Assembly: GCA_002269645.1 (NCBI GenBank) | Contig: NIVC01003609.1 | Coordinates: 24,115-88,114 of the forward strand | Origin: Macrostomum lignano | Lineage: Eukaryota | Reading direction: 5' to 3' | DNA length: 64,000 nt | Shown here: piece by piece, positions 32,400 through 44,981 of the stretch | Layout of the letters: every line of letters starts with the position of its first letter | How positions within the stretch are numbered: position 1 is the first letter of the stretch | The notes under the pieces: model-generated | Seen by the model: the letters and a program-made list of their open reading frames with translations, nothing else | What the model was told of the DNA's origin: nothing | The model's database searches: none | Program-made: the position numbers and the translations under genes

Positions 32400-32692
32400 T
32401 AAGCTTAAACTAAGAGACCGCCTCTAAACCTAAACTAAGAATCACCCTAAACCTAAACTAAGAATCACCCTAAACCTAAACTAAGAATCACCCTAAACCT
32501 AAACTAAGAACTGCCTCTACAACTAAACTAAGAACCGTCTTTAAACCTAATCTAAAAATCGCCTTTAAACCTAAACTAAATATCACTTCTAAACCTAAAC
32601 TAAGAACCGCCTCAAAAACCGAATCTAAAAATCGCTTCTAAACCTAAGCTAAGAGTCGCCCCTAAACCTAAACTAAGAACTGACCCTAAAGC
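32400..32692. repeat. 23-bp minisatellite (aaacctaaactaagaatcaccct)
   Basis: About 12 degenerate copies. Confidence 0.9.
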
Positions 32693-35600
32693 TTGAATGT
32701 CAATCTTTTATTAATGAACCATTGCTGTTTTTCGACATCAAAGCTCGTAAAGTTTGAAGATGCCGAGGCTATTGTACAGCAACTTAACCCCCCCCCACAC
32801 AACCATCTTGCCTGTTTTGTCTGCACAATATATCTTTCCAATTGTCCTCTCCCGATTTCTCTGGTATTTTTTATTATTAATTTTTCACACCTGGCAGTTT
32901 GGCTTTGGCTTGCTGGCTTTAATTGGCTGACGATTATTTACCAACCGTACGGATTTTATCATTACACATCAGATTATCTTGCCTCCATTGCACTTCACCT
33001 AACATCTACTCGCTAAGTTCTGTTCAATGACCACAGGAATTATAGGAAATATATTAAATTTTGAATGATCTTTTGCCTCGAGCTTCAATGATCACGTTCA
33101 CGTAATAAGAGAAATTCAAGTAGGTTTTTTGGAAATATATTTGAAGGCTTAAGTTTACCAAAGCTACGTCTCATAATGGAGGCTTTCGTTTATTACAATG
33201 TTTTTAAATATTGAGCCTTCAAAAATTACCAAGAAACGATCAGTGGTCATTCGACTATCGTCTTTTTTCTTTCCCTATGTCTACCTCTCTTAAGTCTCGA
33301 GATCCTCTGCTTCTGTTCCTCTCTTTTCCCATTTATCGATTACCGCAGTCGCATACGCTATTGATACTACTGCTGAACTACTTATGCGTATCAATTTGAA
33401 TTCATTAACAGATCCAATGGCCAATGCCGCACGCTGATCAATTCATCAATCAATCAATATAATTACTGCTGTCATTTTTGCCTCTCCTTTCCCCAATCGC
33501 CATTGGTTAGTTTCAGAATTGCTTAAAATTTTTTGTAAGGATTTATTTATTCCAAGGACTACTGAAGCCCACGCATGTATTTTTAACTACAATGGTCCTT
33601 GGATTAGATAAAATTATTTACGGTTAAAGAGATTTTCTTGTTAACCATTTTTTATAATATATTAAATATTTACATTGATAGTTCATCGTTGCTTGTGTAG
33701 CTAATTTTAGATGCTAAATTCGGTCTTTTCGAACATGAAAATGTTGGTGTGTTTTACTGTCTCAGTTTTATTAATACACACAATATATTTTTACAGTATA
33801 GCAACGAAAAAAGATCATATGGTATGGTTATAGATGGATGCATGCAACTCTTGCAAAACTGGCGAGACTAGTTGTATTCTCTGTGTCAATAGCTAAAGTG
33901 ATATCTGTGCCACTGGACTGCTACCCGCGTCATGCACCTGGAGTAGGTACGTGTCTGAAGTGATACCAAGTGTCACTAAAGTTATACCCAGCTTGTGACT
34001 GACTGGAGTTATACATGTACAAGGACCACTGTATATAGCTATATAGCTACTGTATATCGCTTGATATAGCTATATCAAGTACAGTGGTCCTTGGAGTTAA
34101 GTTATACCCGTGTCAATAGAGCTATAAACGGTGTCACTGGATCCGGTCCAATGTAACTCAACCCTTCTGCTGTGTCCATTTGCTTGGAAAATTCCAACAC
34201 AACGTACTACGGTTCCCTCCATTTGCACACACGGTGTCTTTTGTCGACGATCTCTCTCATGGCTCATATGGTGCATCGAATGCTTTGGGAATAACAATAA
34301 GTCTGCAATTCGTAGATTTATAAGTATAACTACGTACGTTATATCTATCTTTATACTGCGCCGCACATACTGGAAAAATACATGTGTCGATAAATTTTGC
34401 TGTGATAATAATACAAAAACATGTACATTATACTAGCACAATTGATATTGTAAAAACATTGTTTTATTAAACCTGTATAAATTTACTATTGATTTTCTAT
34501 TGTATGGATTTGGGGGTATTAACAATGGAGAAAAGCAAGGTTTGTTGTTGTTTACGTTTTACTTCCTTAGAACAGCGTAATTTTTTGAAGAGACCCCGGC
34601 GGACGCAGCCGAGGTCTGACTGCACGCAACACGCAACGTACGTTCGTGAGACTAAATAATGTAATTTATTTATTTAGTCCAGCACATAGGACACAATCTC
34701 GACTATGGCTACCAGCCTACCACAGTACAGTATCACACACAATTTCATGCAGATCGGTATACTCATAATACAGAATGCTAGTGTCGTAGTGATTGCAAAA
34801 CATTTCCCATCAAAACATAGCCTTTGCCTTAGGTAAGGCCATAGTTCTTATACGAGCGTATTATAGGCCTAGGAATATAAGATCTATACTTAGGGCTAGC
34901 AAGGCTTAGGCCTACTACAAAAACTTTCCATGGCCTAATGGCCATTGGCCATATACTACTAGTAGTTTTTGATTATTTTAATACAAGTATTGGCCTAGCA
35001 GTAGTAGTAGGCCTAAGGCCTGTTGCTGTTGCTTGCTACATTGCTAGGCTAGCTTAGGCCTAGTGTAGGCTATGGCCATAGGTCTAAAGAGATGAAAAAT
35101 CTCACATTTATCTGACTTAATTACTTTAAGGCCTTGAGATTTAATTTGATTATGATAATTCTATAAAATATAAATACTAAAATACAAAATATAAAATATA
35201 TTTGAATCAATTTTCTTTAAAGTACTTTTTTAAACTTGGCATTCTTTTATTTTACAATCATACACATAGCACTAGGCCTATCCAATATGGGAGTCAAGAA
35301 TTTTGATATATGACCTTTAATTACAAAGATAGCAAAATTAACTTAAAATTATTCTTAAAATCAAACTTCAGAAGAAGACTTAGGGCCTACTTCTAAATGC
35401 AGTATTGTAGCATCAACTTTTATATTTTATTAAGAATGTAGCTTAGGCCCCTATATTCAATTTTGTTATACAATCATTTAAATAAGTATTGCAATCCTAG
35501 GATCCCAAAATCCCCAGATTGGGCCCTAATCCTGGGATTTCCAGTCCTGGGATTTGGGGTCTCAAATCCTGGGGCTGGGACTAATTTTTGCTATTATTAT

Positions 35601-36268
35601 TTTTATTAAAAATGTTATAGGCCCTAATATGAACAAAATTGGGCCCACAACTAGTTTATTATATTGCACTAATTTCTATTAGTTGCCTTGCATTGCATGG
35701 CACATTTTTAAACCCCGCATCACATATTTAATGTGAAATTTATTCCAATATAAATTTTGATGTATGATTTGCTTCTTTACTACTAGTTAGTATTTTTATA
35801 CTACTTACTTAAATAAATCACAAGATAATGCTGTTTTTCACCTACAAAAAGATCATTATCACTATAACAATAAAAAATAAAAGCAAAAAATGCTTAGCTG
35901 ATATTTTGCCTTGAAATTTCAACCCATAAGCTTTAAAATCTGTATTTTTTGATCCCAGGATTAAATACAGAGATTTACTAGCAATCTTTACCCTCCGTTG
36001 GGGGACATCTGTATAGAATCTCTGTTCTCTACAAGTAACAAAAAGATAGGGGCCTAGCCAAATAAAGTCTTTACAAAGAAAATAGACAAAATACTCAAAT
36101 GAAATGAAATGCAATGCAAAAAGAAATCATCCCAAGACAGCAAGCATTCCCCAGATAGCAAGCATCCCCTGGATAGCAAGCATCCCCCAGATAGCAAGCA
36201 TCCCCCAAATAGCAAGCATCTCCAAGATAGATAGCATCCCCAAATAGCAAGCATCTCCAAGATAGATA

Positions 36269-36860
36269 CCCTATTGGAATAAATGTTAAAAACCCGCAGA
36301 CGCGCGCTTTAGAAAAGAGTCAAACTATTTTACCGCGCTTTAGGATTATTAGAGATGTTCCGAAAGATCTGCAGTTTCGTCGAAATCAAAATTCGCTAAC
36401 TTTCCAAAATCAAAATTGAAATTTCCCGAAATCATAATTCAGAAAAACAAAGTTTAGTATGATCAACACTCACTTTTTTACTTTCTATTTACTGCTTAAG
36501 CAAAAAGTAATACATGTATATGTAGTAGAAAGTAGTTTATTTTTAGCGACTTTTTAGACACTACCAAAATTTTCACTTCTAAATTTTATTTCGAAATTGA
36601 AATTTGCTCTAAAAAATTTCAAATTTTGGAAAATTGAAATTGAATTTTTGGAACATCTCTAAGCTTAATAAATTACGAGTGTATAAGCCCCTTCAACAGA
36701 GGTATTATACCCATTTCCATGTATATGTATTTGCTAGAGCAGCAGCCAGTAAGAAAGGGCAGCGCGCGCAGGCGCTGCGCCTGTGCGCGCGCTGCACTTT
36801 AGAAAAATTTCAAAAGTGCGCCGGACACCGTCCGCGGTTTTACAACTTTTTCCTATAGGG
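36269..36860. mobile_element. About 590-bp TIR element inserted in an atagcaagcatcccc minisatellite
   Basis: Imperfect TIRs of about 28 bp (ccctattggaataaatgttaaaaacccgc / gcggttttacaactttttcctataggg) flanked by gatagata on both sides. Confidence 0.65.
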
Positions 36861-37033
36861 GATAGATAGCATCCCCAAATAGCAAGCATCCACCAGACAA
36901 TAAGTAGCTAGTGCAACAATTTCCTTAGCATTATAGCGGCTCCTTTAAAATTTGCTTACTTTCAGGTTTGAAATTGTGTATCTTTTATGTTTAATAGGGT
37001 GGCTCTTTTATGTTCTACATGGTGGCTCTTTTA

Positions 37034-39293
37034 CGAGGGGTGCTGCAAAAGTTTCTGGACTGGTCTTCCTGATAGAACTTTTTTTGGAGCTGAGTGACAT
37101 TTGACCCATAGACCAACTGGGCGTGCTGCATTTGGGGCTCAGACGTTGGGTCGGACGCAGGTGTTTGCCCATCACCGCCTTGCTGCTGAGGGTGTCATAG
37201 CCGCCAGCGATGCCCCACGTTCTAGCCATCCGCACTCCAGCACAGACAATGAAAATACTGCTGCAGTGCTGGAATATGTGTCAGCAAATCCATCAGTGTG
37301 CTTGCAAGAAGTGGAGAGTGTGTGTGGCATCCACAATTCATCCGTAGTGATGGATCAAAATTCGATTTAAATTTTGATATTCCGAATTCCGAAACTAATT
37401 TTGCATCGAAATAATTTCGATTTCGAATTTTGACACCATTCATCAAAAATCATTTCGAAATTTTGGTTATATTTTAACAATTTAGACAGTGATAATCCAT
37501 GCTACACAAGAAAGAAAATCTATAGGAAGTGAAAGGAAGTGCAGTTCAAAGACTCAGTGGGGAGGTGAGAATTGCCTTTTCTACTAAAAAGATTGTGCAA
37601 GGCACACACTGTTCCAGGCCTTGTGCTGCACCCACCTCAACCTCCACAAGCCCACTGGCTGAACTCATCGGCGTGGATTCTAATTGGCTAAAGACTTAAA
37701 GCCTTAATGAAATGGATATAGGCTACTCGTATCTAGATCTTCAGCTTAAACAGTGGTGAAGTATAATACAACTTCTACTATATTTCTATGTATGAGTGTA
37801 TGATACATAATATACTAGCATTTTCTATTTCGTATTTTTAAAGTAAGTTAAATCTTAAGTATTCTAGTTTAAACATATCAAAGATACTTTTTATAAAACA
37901 TGTAAGCTCATACATGCAGAGGCAAGGTGTTAACCTTTTTGCATGATTAGCGAAAAAGTAAAAATTTGTTAAGCTCAAAAATTTCGATTTCAATTTCAAT
38001 TTCGATTTCGATTCTAAGGAACCGAAAATTTCGATTTCGATTTGAAAAATAATTTCGATCCATCACTACTCATCCGTGTGTCGCATTCTGCAGTGCATCA
38101 ACTGGTCGAAGATTTGTGCCAAGTGGGTGCCACGCGAACTGATGGCTGAGCATAAGCAAGCGTGCATGCAATGTGCTACGGAGAACTGGGCAGTGTGGAA
38201 CGAACTCGGTGATGATAAGTTCAAGGAACTGGTCATCACAATGGATGAGACACCGCTGCCCATGTTCAACCCACTGACAAAACAGCAGTCGATGCAATGG
38301 GGCCCCAGGGGACGTCATATGCACACGAAGGCAATGAAATCGGCGTGGACGCAGAACATCATGTGCACTGTGTGGTTCGATGCACAAGGTGTGCTGCTTG
38401 TTGACTATCTGCCGCAGGGTCAGACGATCAACGCCGACTACATCATGAACCAGCTTAATCTTCTGCGCACTGCCGTTCTGTCCAAGCGTCGCATCAGAGG
38501 CCTTTTATTCTCTGGGACAATGCGCGTCCGCATGCTTTTGCTTGCACTTGTGCCAAGGTGGAAGAGCTTGGCTTCCGTTGGCTAAACCACCCGGCTTACA
38601 GTCCCGACCTCGCCATTGCCGATTTCTACCTGTTTGGTCTGATGAAGATGCCAATGCGTGGCAAGGTCTTCACAACTCAGCAGGAAGTCATCGATGCCAC
38701 CAATGCATCGTTGCAACAGTTCAATGCCAAGTTCTGGTAGACAGGCTTCGACAAGCTGATCGAACGATATCGGAAGTGCATTGCCTTGGATGGAGAATAT
38801 GTGGAGCGTGCAAGTCCCAAGCCGGTTGATTCCTCAGAAGAGAACAGCAAGAGTGAGAGCGATTAATGGTGCAGAAGCAATTGATTTTGCTCGAGACACT
38901 GATGCCACAGTTGTTTGTTTTGTTTGTTTTGCTGATTCTGTAGTTGCTGTTCAGTTTGTTCAGTTAGAGGTTCATCCATAAAATAAATAAATTAGGGATA
39001 CTAGTTTATTAATATCCCGTGGCAAACTCCGGAAACTTTTGCTAGTCACCTCTGCATGCGGAGGATTTTTTCATCTTTTCATTTTGTCACTAGTTGGGTG
39101 AGAAATTGTAAATGCTAGTTGAGAAAATAAAACTTATTATGGCTCTAGCGCCCACTGTGGTTCATGGACATGCTTGAAATTTTAACACAACATTCATCCT
39201 AGGCTAATGTTTCAATGGGTCAAATGTCACTCAGCTCTGATAAAAAGTGCCATGTCAGGAACTTTAGTCCGGAAACTTTTGCAGCACCCTGAG
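37034..39293 (+). mobile_element. Tc1/mariner transposon, full-length but defective
   Basis: TIRs cgaggggtgctgcaaaagtttctggact / agtccggaaacttttgcagcaccctgag with TA on both sides. Transposase remnants: PRSSHP..TDNEN, KWVPREL, TMDET, WDNARPH, HPAYSPDLAIADFYLF (DD34D type). Has a frameshift, a stop and a nested insertion. Confidence 0.93.
37345..38068. mobile_element. 724-bp non-autonomous hAT-type element nested in the mariner transposase
   Basis: TIR tagtgatggatc(a/g)aaatt; 8-bp TSD ttcatccg / ctcatccg. Excision restores the frame GIHNSSVCRILQCINW. Confidence 0.88.
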
Positions 39294-39560
39294 TATGTTC
39301 TACATGGTAACTCTTTTATGTTTGATACGGTGGCTCTTCTATGTTTGACATGGTGGCTCTTCTACTCATATGTTTGACAAAGTAGCTTTTTAATGTTTGA
39401 CATGGTGGCTCTTTGATGTTTGACATGGTGGCTCTTTAATTTTTGACATGGTGGCTCTTTAATGTTTGACATGATAGCTCTTTTATGTTTGATATGGTGG
39501 CTCTTTAATGTTCAACATGGTTGTTTTCTATGTTTAACATTGTGCTTCTTTTATGTTTAG
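39294..39560. repeat. About 23-bp minisatellite (tttatgtttgacatggtggctct), also present left of the mariner
   Basis: The same unit occurs at about 36985-37031, so the array was split by the mariner insertion. Confidence 0.85.
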
Positions 39561-39821
39561 CATTTTGTGTTTTTAATGTGTTTGAATAAAAAAATTTTTG
39601 CACTACTAAGATTTGAACCCATGTTGCTACATTAGCATTCTAGTCTATTCGCATCTGGGCTATCTCTTTTTAATTGGAGAATGTGAATTGTGGCCCTATA
39701 ATTCAATTCTTACAGCAAGTTGGTTAGAGTAAAAAGTTATAATATAATCAATTTCGCAGTCAGCCAGTATCAGTCCCAATTTAAGTTAGCAATATGGCTA
39801 CACAATTTCAATCAAGTCGGG

Positions 39822-42800
39822 CATACATGCGCAACTGCTGGCCGACCTGGCCGATTCGGCCACCGTAAATCGTGGCTGACCAGGGGTAAGTCGCAAAATT
39901 GAGTCAACCAAAAACAGAAAAACACAAGAACCAAGAAAGGCAAGAGGAAAGCGAAAGAAAGAGCAGTTCAGGGAAAATAATGAAGCAAAAGAAAAACAAT
40001 TCGCAAAAGAAGCAAACTAAGTTGTAAAAATAATCAGGTAAGTCGCAAAAAGGATTAGGTAAGTCGCAAAAAGAATCAGGTAAGTCGCAAAAGGATCAGG
40101 TAAGTCGCAAAAGGATCAGCTAAGTCGCAAAAGGGTTAGGTAAGTCGCAAAAGGGTTAGGTAAGTCGCAAAAGGGTTAGGTAAGTCGCAAAAGGGTTAGG
40201 TAAGTCGCAAAAGGATCAGCTAAGTCGCAAAAGGATTAGGTAAGTCGCAAAAAGGATTAGGTAAGTCGCAAAAAGGATTAGGTAAGTCACAAAGGGTTAG
40301 GTAAGTCGCAAAAAGGATTAGCTAAGTCACAAAGGGTTAGGTAAGTCGCAAAAAGGATTAGGTAAGTCGCAAAAAGGATTAAGTAAGTCGCAAAAAGGAT
40401 TAGGTAAGTCGCAAAAGGGTTAGGTAAGTCGCAAAAAGGATTAGGTAAGTCGCAAAAAGGATTAGGTAAGTCGCAAAAAGGATTAGGTAAGTCGCAAAAA
40501 GAATCAGGTAAGTCGCAAAAGGATCAGGTAAGTCGCAAAAGGATCAGCTAAGTCGCAAAAGGGTTAGGTAAGTCGCAAAAGGGTTAGGTAAGTCGCAAAA
40601 GGGTTAGGTAAGTCGCAAAAGGGTTAGGTAAGTCGCAAAAGGATCAGCTAAGTCGCAAAAGAATTAGGTAAGTCGCAAAAAGGATTAGGTAAGTCGCAAA
40701 AAGGATTAGGTAAGTCACAAAGGGTTAGGTAAGTCGCAAAAAGGATTAGCTAAGTCACAAAGGGTTAGGTAAGTCGCAAAAAGGATTAGGTAAGTCGCAA
40801 AAAGGATTAAGTAAGTCGCAAAAAGGATTAGGTAAGTCGCAAAAGGGTTAGGTAAGTCGCAAAAAGGATTAGGTAAGTCGCAAAAAGGATTAGGTAAGTC
40901 GCAAAAAGGATTAGGTAAGTCGCAAAAAGAATCAGGTAAGTCGCAAAAGGATCAGGTAAGTCGCAAAAGGATCAGCTAAGTCGCAAAAGGGTTAGGTAAG
41001 TCGCAAAAGGGTTAGGTAAGTCGCAAAAGGGTTAGGTAAGTCGCAAAAGGGTTAGGTAAGTCGCAAAAGGGTTAGGTAAGTCGCAAAAGGATCAGCTAAG
41101 TCGCAAAAGAATTAGGTAAGTCGCAAAAAGGATTAGGTAAGTCGCAAAAAGGATTAGGTAAGTCACAAAGGGTTAGGTAAGTCGCAAAAAGGATTAGCTA
41201 AGTCACAAAGGGTTAGGTAAGTCGCAAAAAGGATTAGGTAAGTCGCAAAAAGGATTAAGTAAGTCGCAAAAAGGATTAGGTAAGTCGCAAAAGGGTTAGG
41301 TAAGTCGCAAAAGGATTAGGTAAGTCGCAAAAAGGATTAAGTAAGTCGCAAAAAGGATTAGGTAAGTCGCAAAAAGGATTAGGTAAGTCACAAAGGGTTA
41401 GGTAAGTCGCAAAGGGTTAGGTAAGTCGCAAAAGGGTTAGGTAAGTCGCAAAAGGATTAGGTAAGTCGCAAAAAGGATTAGGTAAGTCACAAATGGTTAG
41501 GTAAGTCGCAAAGGGTTAGGTTAGTCGCAAAAGGATTAGGTAAGTCGCAAAAGGATTAGGTAAGTCGCAAAAAGGATTAGGTAAGTCGCAAAAAGAAGCA
41601 ACTAAGTCGCAATAAGAGGGAAGTAAGTCACAATCAGAGGCAATCAGGGGGTAGTAGGTGCAAGTGTGGCAGGAGAGCAAAAACAGAATAGAAGCCTTCA
41701 ACAACAGACAAGATCTTTGAAATCAGAAGCCCGCGTCAACAGTTTCCCATTGATATCTCAAACTCTGGAGCAGGGGTCGGCAAACTCCGGCTCGCGAAGC
41801 CCCTCTATCTGGCCCTCGCCCCTCGGGTTCTTTGAAACTTCCTAACTACGAGTAGCAAGGTTGGTGTCTCTTCAACTCTCATCTCTCTCTTCTTCTCTAC
41901 CTTGCCTCCCCTCTTCTCTCTCTCCCCCTTTTCCCTCTTCTCTCTCCTCTCATTTTTACTCTCCTCTCTTCTCCCCCTTTCTCTCTACCCTTTCTCCTCA
42001 ATGCCCTCTTCTCTCCTCTTATCTTCAGCAAAAATATGTGCATATTTTCTTACTTCAAAGTAGAGGGAATAGAAGATTAGAGATAAGCAAACAGAGGAGA
42101 GGCGAGCGATGCGATGGGAGAAAAGATAGAAAAGGAGAGAAAAGCTGAGGGAGGAAAAAGAGATGAGAGAGAAGAGGAGATGAGAGGAAAGAGGAAAGAA
42201 AAGATGATGGATGAGATCAGAAGAGAGGAAAGAGGAAAGAGGAGAGAGTAGATGAGAGAAGAGAGGATAAAGAGGAGATGAGAGGAGAGTGAAGAGAGGA
42301 GAGATGAGAGAGTAGAAAAGAGAGGAGAGATAAGATGAGAGAGTAGAGTGGAATGGAGAGAGACGAGAGGAGAGATAAGAATGTAGAGAGGAGACAGAAG
42401 AGATAGGTGAGGAGAGGAAAGAGAGGAGAGAGGAGAGGAAAGAGAGAAGGGATAAGGGATGAGAGAGAAAAGAAAAAGAGGATGAGAAGATTGAGGAATG
42501 GAGAGAATTTGCAAAGGCCTCAAATCTTAGTTTAACATGCATTACTCCCATCTTTGCCTTTTTAACTGTTAACTGTTAACTGTTAACAAGTTTTTGTTTG
42601 AGCATGACTTCAAATTTAGAATCTATGCAAAAATAGTTCCGGGAATTAGAATTCAGTGGTTTAAAAATCTGTGGGTTTTCACAGCTTGTATCTCTACTGG
42701 ATTCGTATTCTGCATCTGATGAGCCATCTGAATCAGGGCTCTCATCTTCCATGCCAAATCGTCTAGCAAATCGTTCTTGAGCTATAGGTCACACTGTATT

Positions 42801-43102
42801 CACTTCACTTACTTCTGGACATTCATGAATCATGACTTTTGTAGTATGCTCACTACACTGTACTGACAATTTACTAATTGCTTCATGCCGCCACTAGATG
42901 ACATACTGATTAGCTGTTATAAAAACGCGGAATCTGCACGCAGCACTAATTAGCTGGCGAGGCATTTAGCTTTAAAAATATGGTCATAGTTACTCCTGCC
43001 GTTTACCTAAAGTTTTTGCTTGGCTCTTTCATAGGTAAGTCGCATTTTTTATCGAAAACTAAGTCGCACGGCCAGCGTAATTTCAGAAGTTGCGCATGTA
43101 TG
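39822..43102. mobile_element. 3.3-kb non-autonomous hAT-type element carrying a satellite array
   Basis: TIR CATACATGCGCAACT / AGTTGCGCATGTATG; exact 8-bp TSD aagtcggg (39814-39821, 43103-43110); no transposase recognised. Confidence 0.88.
40035..41610. repeat. 20-21-bp satellite (ggtaagtcgcaaaa[a]ggatta) with 428-bp higher-order period
   Basis: The variant aaagaatcagg recurs at about 40071, 40499 and 40927. Confidence 0.95.
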
Positions 43103-44981
43103 AAGTCGGGTGTGCATTTCTTCAACACTGTTTTCAACTTGTGATGCAATCTTTATCACAATCAAAATTCAGTCAGTCAGTGTTTTTTCTAGCATTCTTA
43201 CAATGCATTTCAGGTCAAAATTTCTGCTTGACCTTTGCAAAAAAGCATGTTTTTTGAATATTTAATCCTTTTAAAATTGAGCAATTTCTTAGCCAAGATG
43301 CATGTACCATCCTAGGAAAATTTCTGATCAAATGGTGCAAGTTTGAAGAAAATCAGTTGAGCCATTTTTTTCTGAAATCTATTGCACACCTACCTACCAT
43401 AGACAACTCATTTTTAGGATATAAGGAAAGGAAAAATAGTAAAAATGGTAATTGTCAAATTTTATTTATTAAATTATTTTGGCTCCAGAAAAGTATTTTA
43501 AGTACAAATAATTTTTTTAAGAGTTTTTAGCCTGATTAGACCCTAAGCACTAATTTGATGTTTCAAAACTTGTTATAATGTAAGCCTCTAACATTGGAAA
43601 GCTGTAATAGTCTATGGCTAGAACATTTGAACATTTTTTAACTTGAAAAAAAGATTCTATAGTCTAAAGTCAAAACATCAGTGATCTTCAACAAATTGAT
43701 TAATAATAAATAACTAAAAGTCCTAAATTTAGCAAGGCTATGTTGCACGCCATGCATTGCAGCATTAGCATGGGACTTTACAAGCCCTATTTGAAACTTA
43801 GAGGAATTCTTGCATCAACTAAACCCAACCCAGTGAAACTATTTAGGAATATCCTATTATAGATTTCCTTCTATTATAGTATGTAAAGCTTTTGCTGTTT
43901 GTTGGCAATTTGACCATAGACAATAATACTTTTTATTTGTTTCTGTTAAGACTTATTTAATTTGTTAACATTTTTGGCCATAGAGTCCATAGACTATTTT
44001 AGCTTTATTGTAGCTGTAAATGTATATATTTGTACTTAAAATAGTTTGTGGATTACTTTTCTGGAGTCAAAATAATTTAACAAATGGAACTTGATAATTG
44101 CCACAAAATTATATGTTTTGATCGTAAGACAAAACTAAAAGAGCTTATTGGTTTCAAATTGAAAGCATACTAACAATAAAATTGTATTAAAAGGATTATA
44201 TTTTAAAAAAATTATTGGTAAGCCCCATAAGCCTAGTCAGGATCATGGCATGCCTATACTAGAATGAATCCTATCAAAAAATTTTGATTACACTATGCAC
44301 CAAAACTATTCTTATTAAAAAAGTTTGCTCACCTCATGTCATTTTTAATCTATTGAATCTAAAATCTCAATTATTCAAAAAGAAAATTAAATGTGTAAGA
44401 TTACAAGATTGCTTTTATCCCCTCTTAGAACAGAGCCCATTAAAAGGCTAAATCTATAGATAGGGCTTGTCACACTTTAACTAGGCCAATGCAAAATATA
44501 TAAGAATGATATAAGTAATGATTGATTGTTTAAAAAATACAATTTATGACTTCTTGAACTAACTATACACATATTGTTATAGTTTTTGTAGAAGTAAAAA
44601 GTTTTGTAGTTTTTATAGCTGTAGTTTTTATAGTTATAGTTGTAGTTGTAATACTAAAGGTAATTTTTATAGTTGTTTATATTTTCTTATATTAAGTAGG
44701 CCCTCAGTCTGACAAAAGATTAATAAAATCTGGAAATCAAAAAGTATTTGTATACCTTACATTCAAGAATTCCAATATTATTATATGTATACTATGCTAT
44801 GATAACTTTTGCTAGGTAAATAATTACAAAATACATACATATTTTTAATCTAAATATAAACGATCTTAGAACTTATGTATGTATGTACTTATATTAGTAT
44901 AGAAATGTATGCATAGAAATTCAATAATACCCAGAAAGCTGTACTTTATGAACCTTCCAGAGTCCTGTCACACAGCCCAAC

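Noticed and set aside
34018-34096. Small hairpin caaggaccactgta..tacagtggtccttg
   Set aside because: Probably a tiny MITE relic (one arm recurs near 47617); too little evidence for an RNA gene.
40035-41610. Telomere-like TTAGG/GGGTTAGG within the satellite
   Set aside because: It is only part of a 20-21-bp unit, not a tandem telomeric tract.
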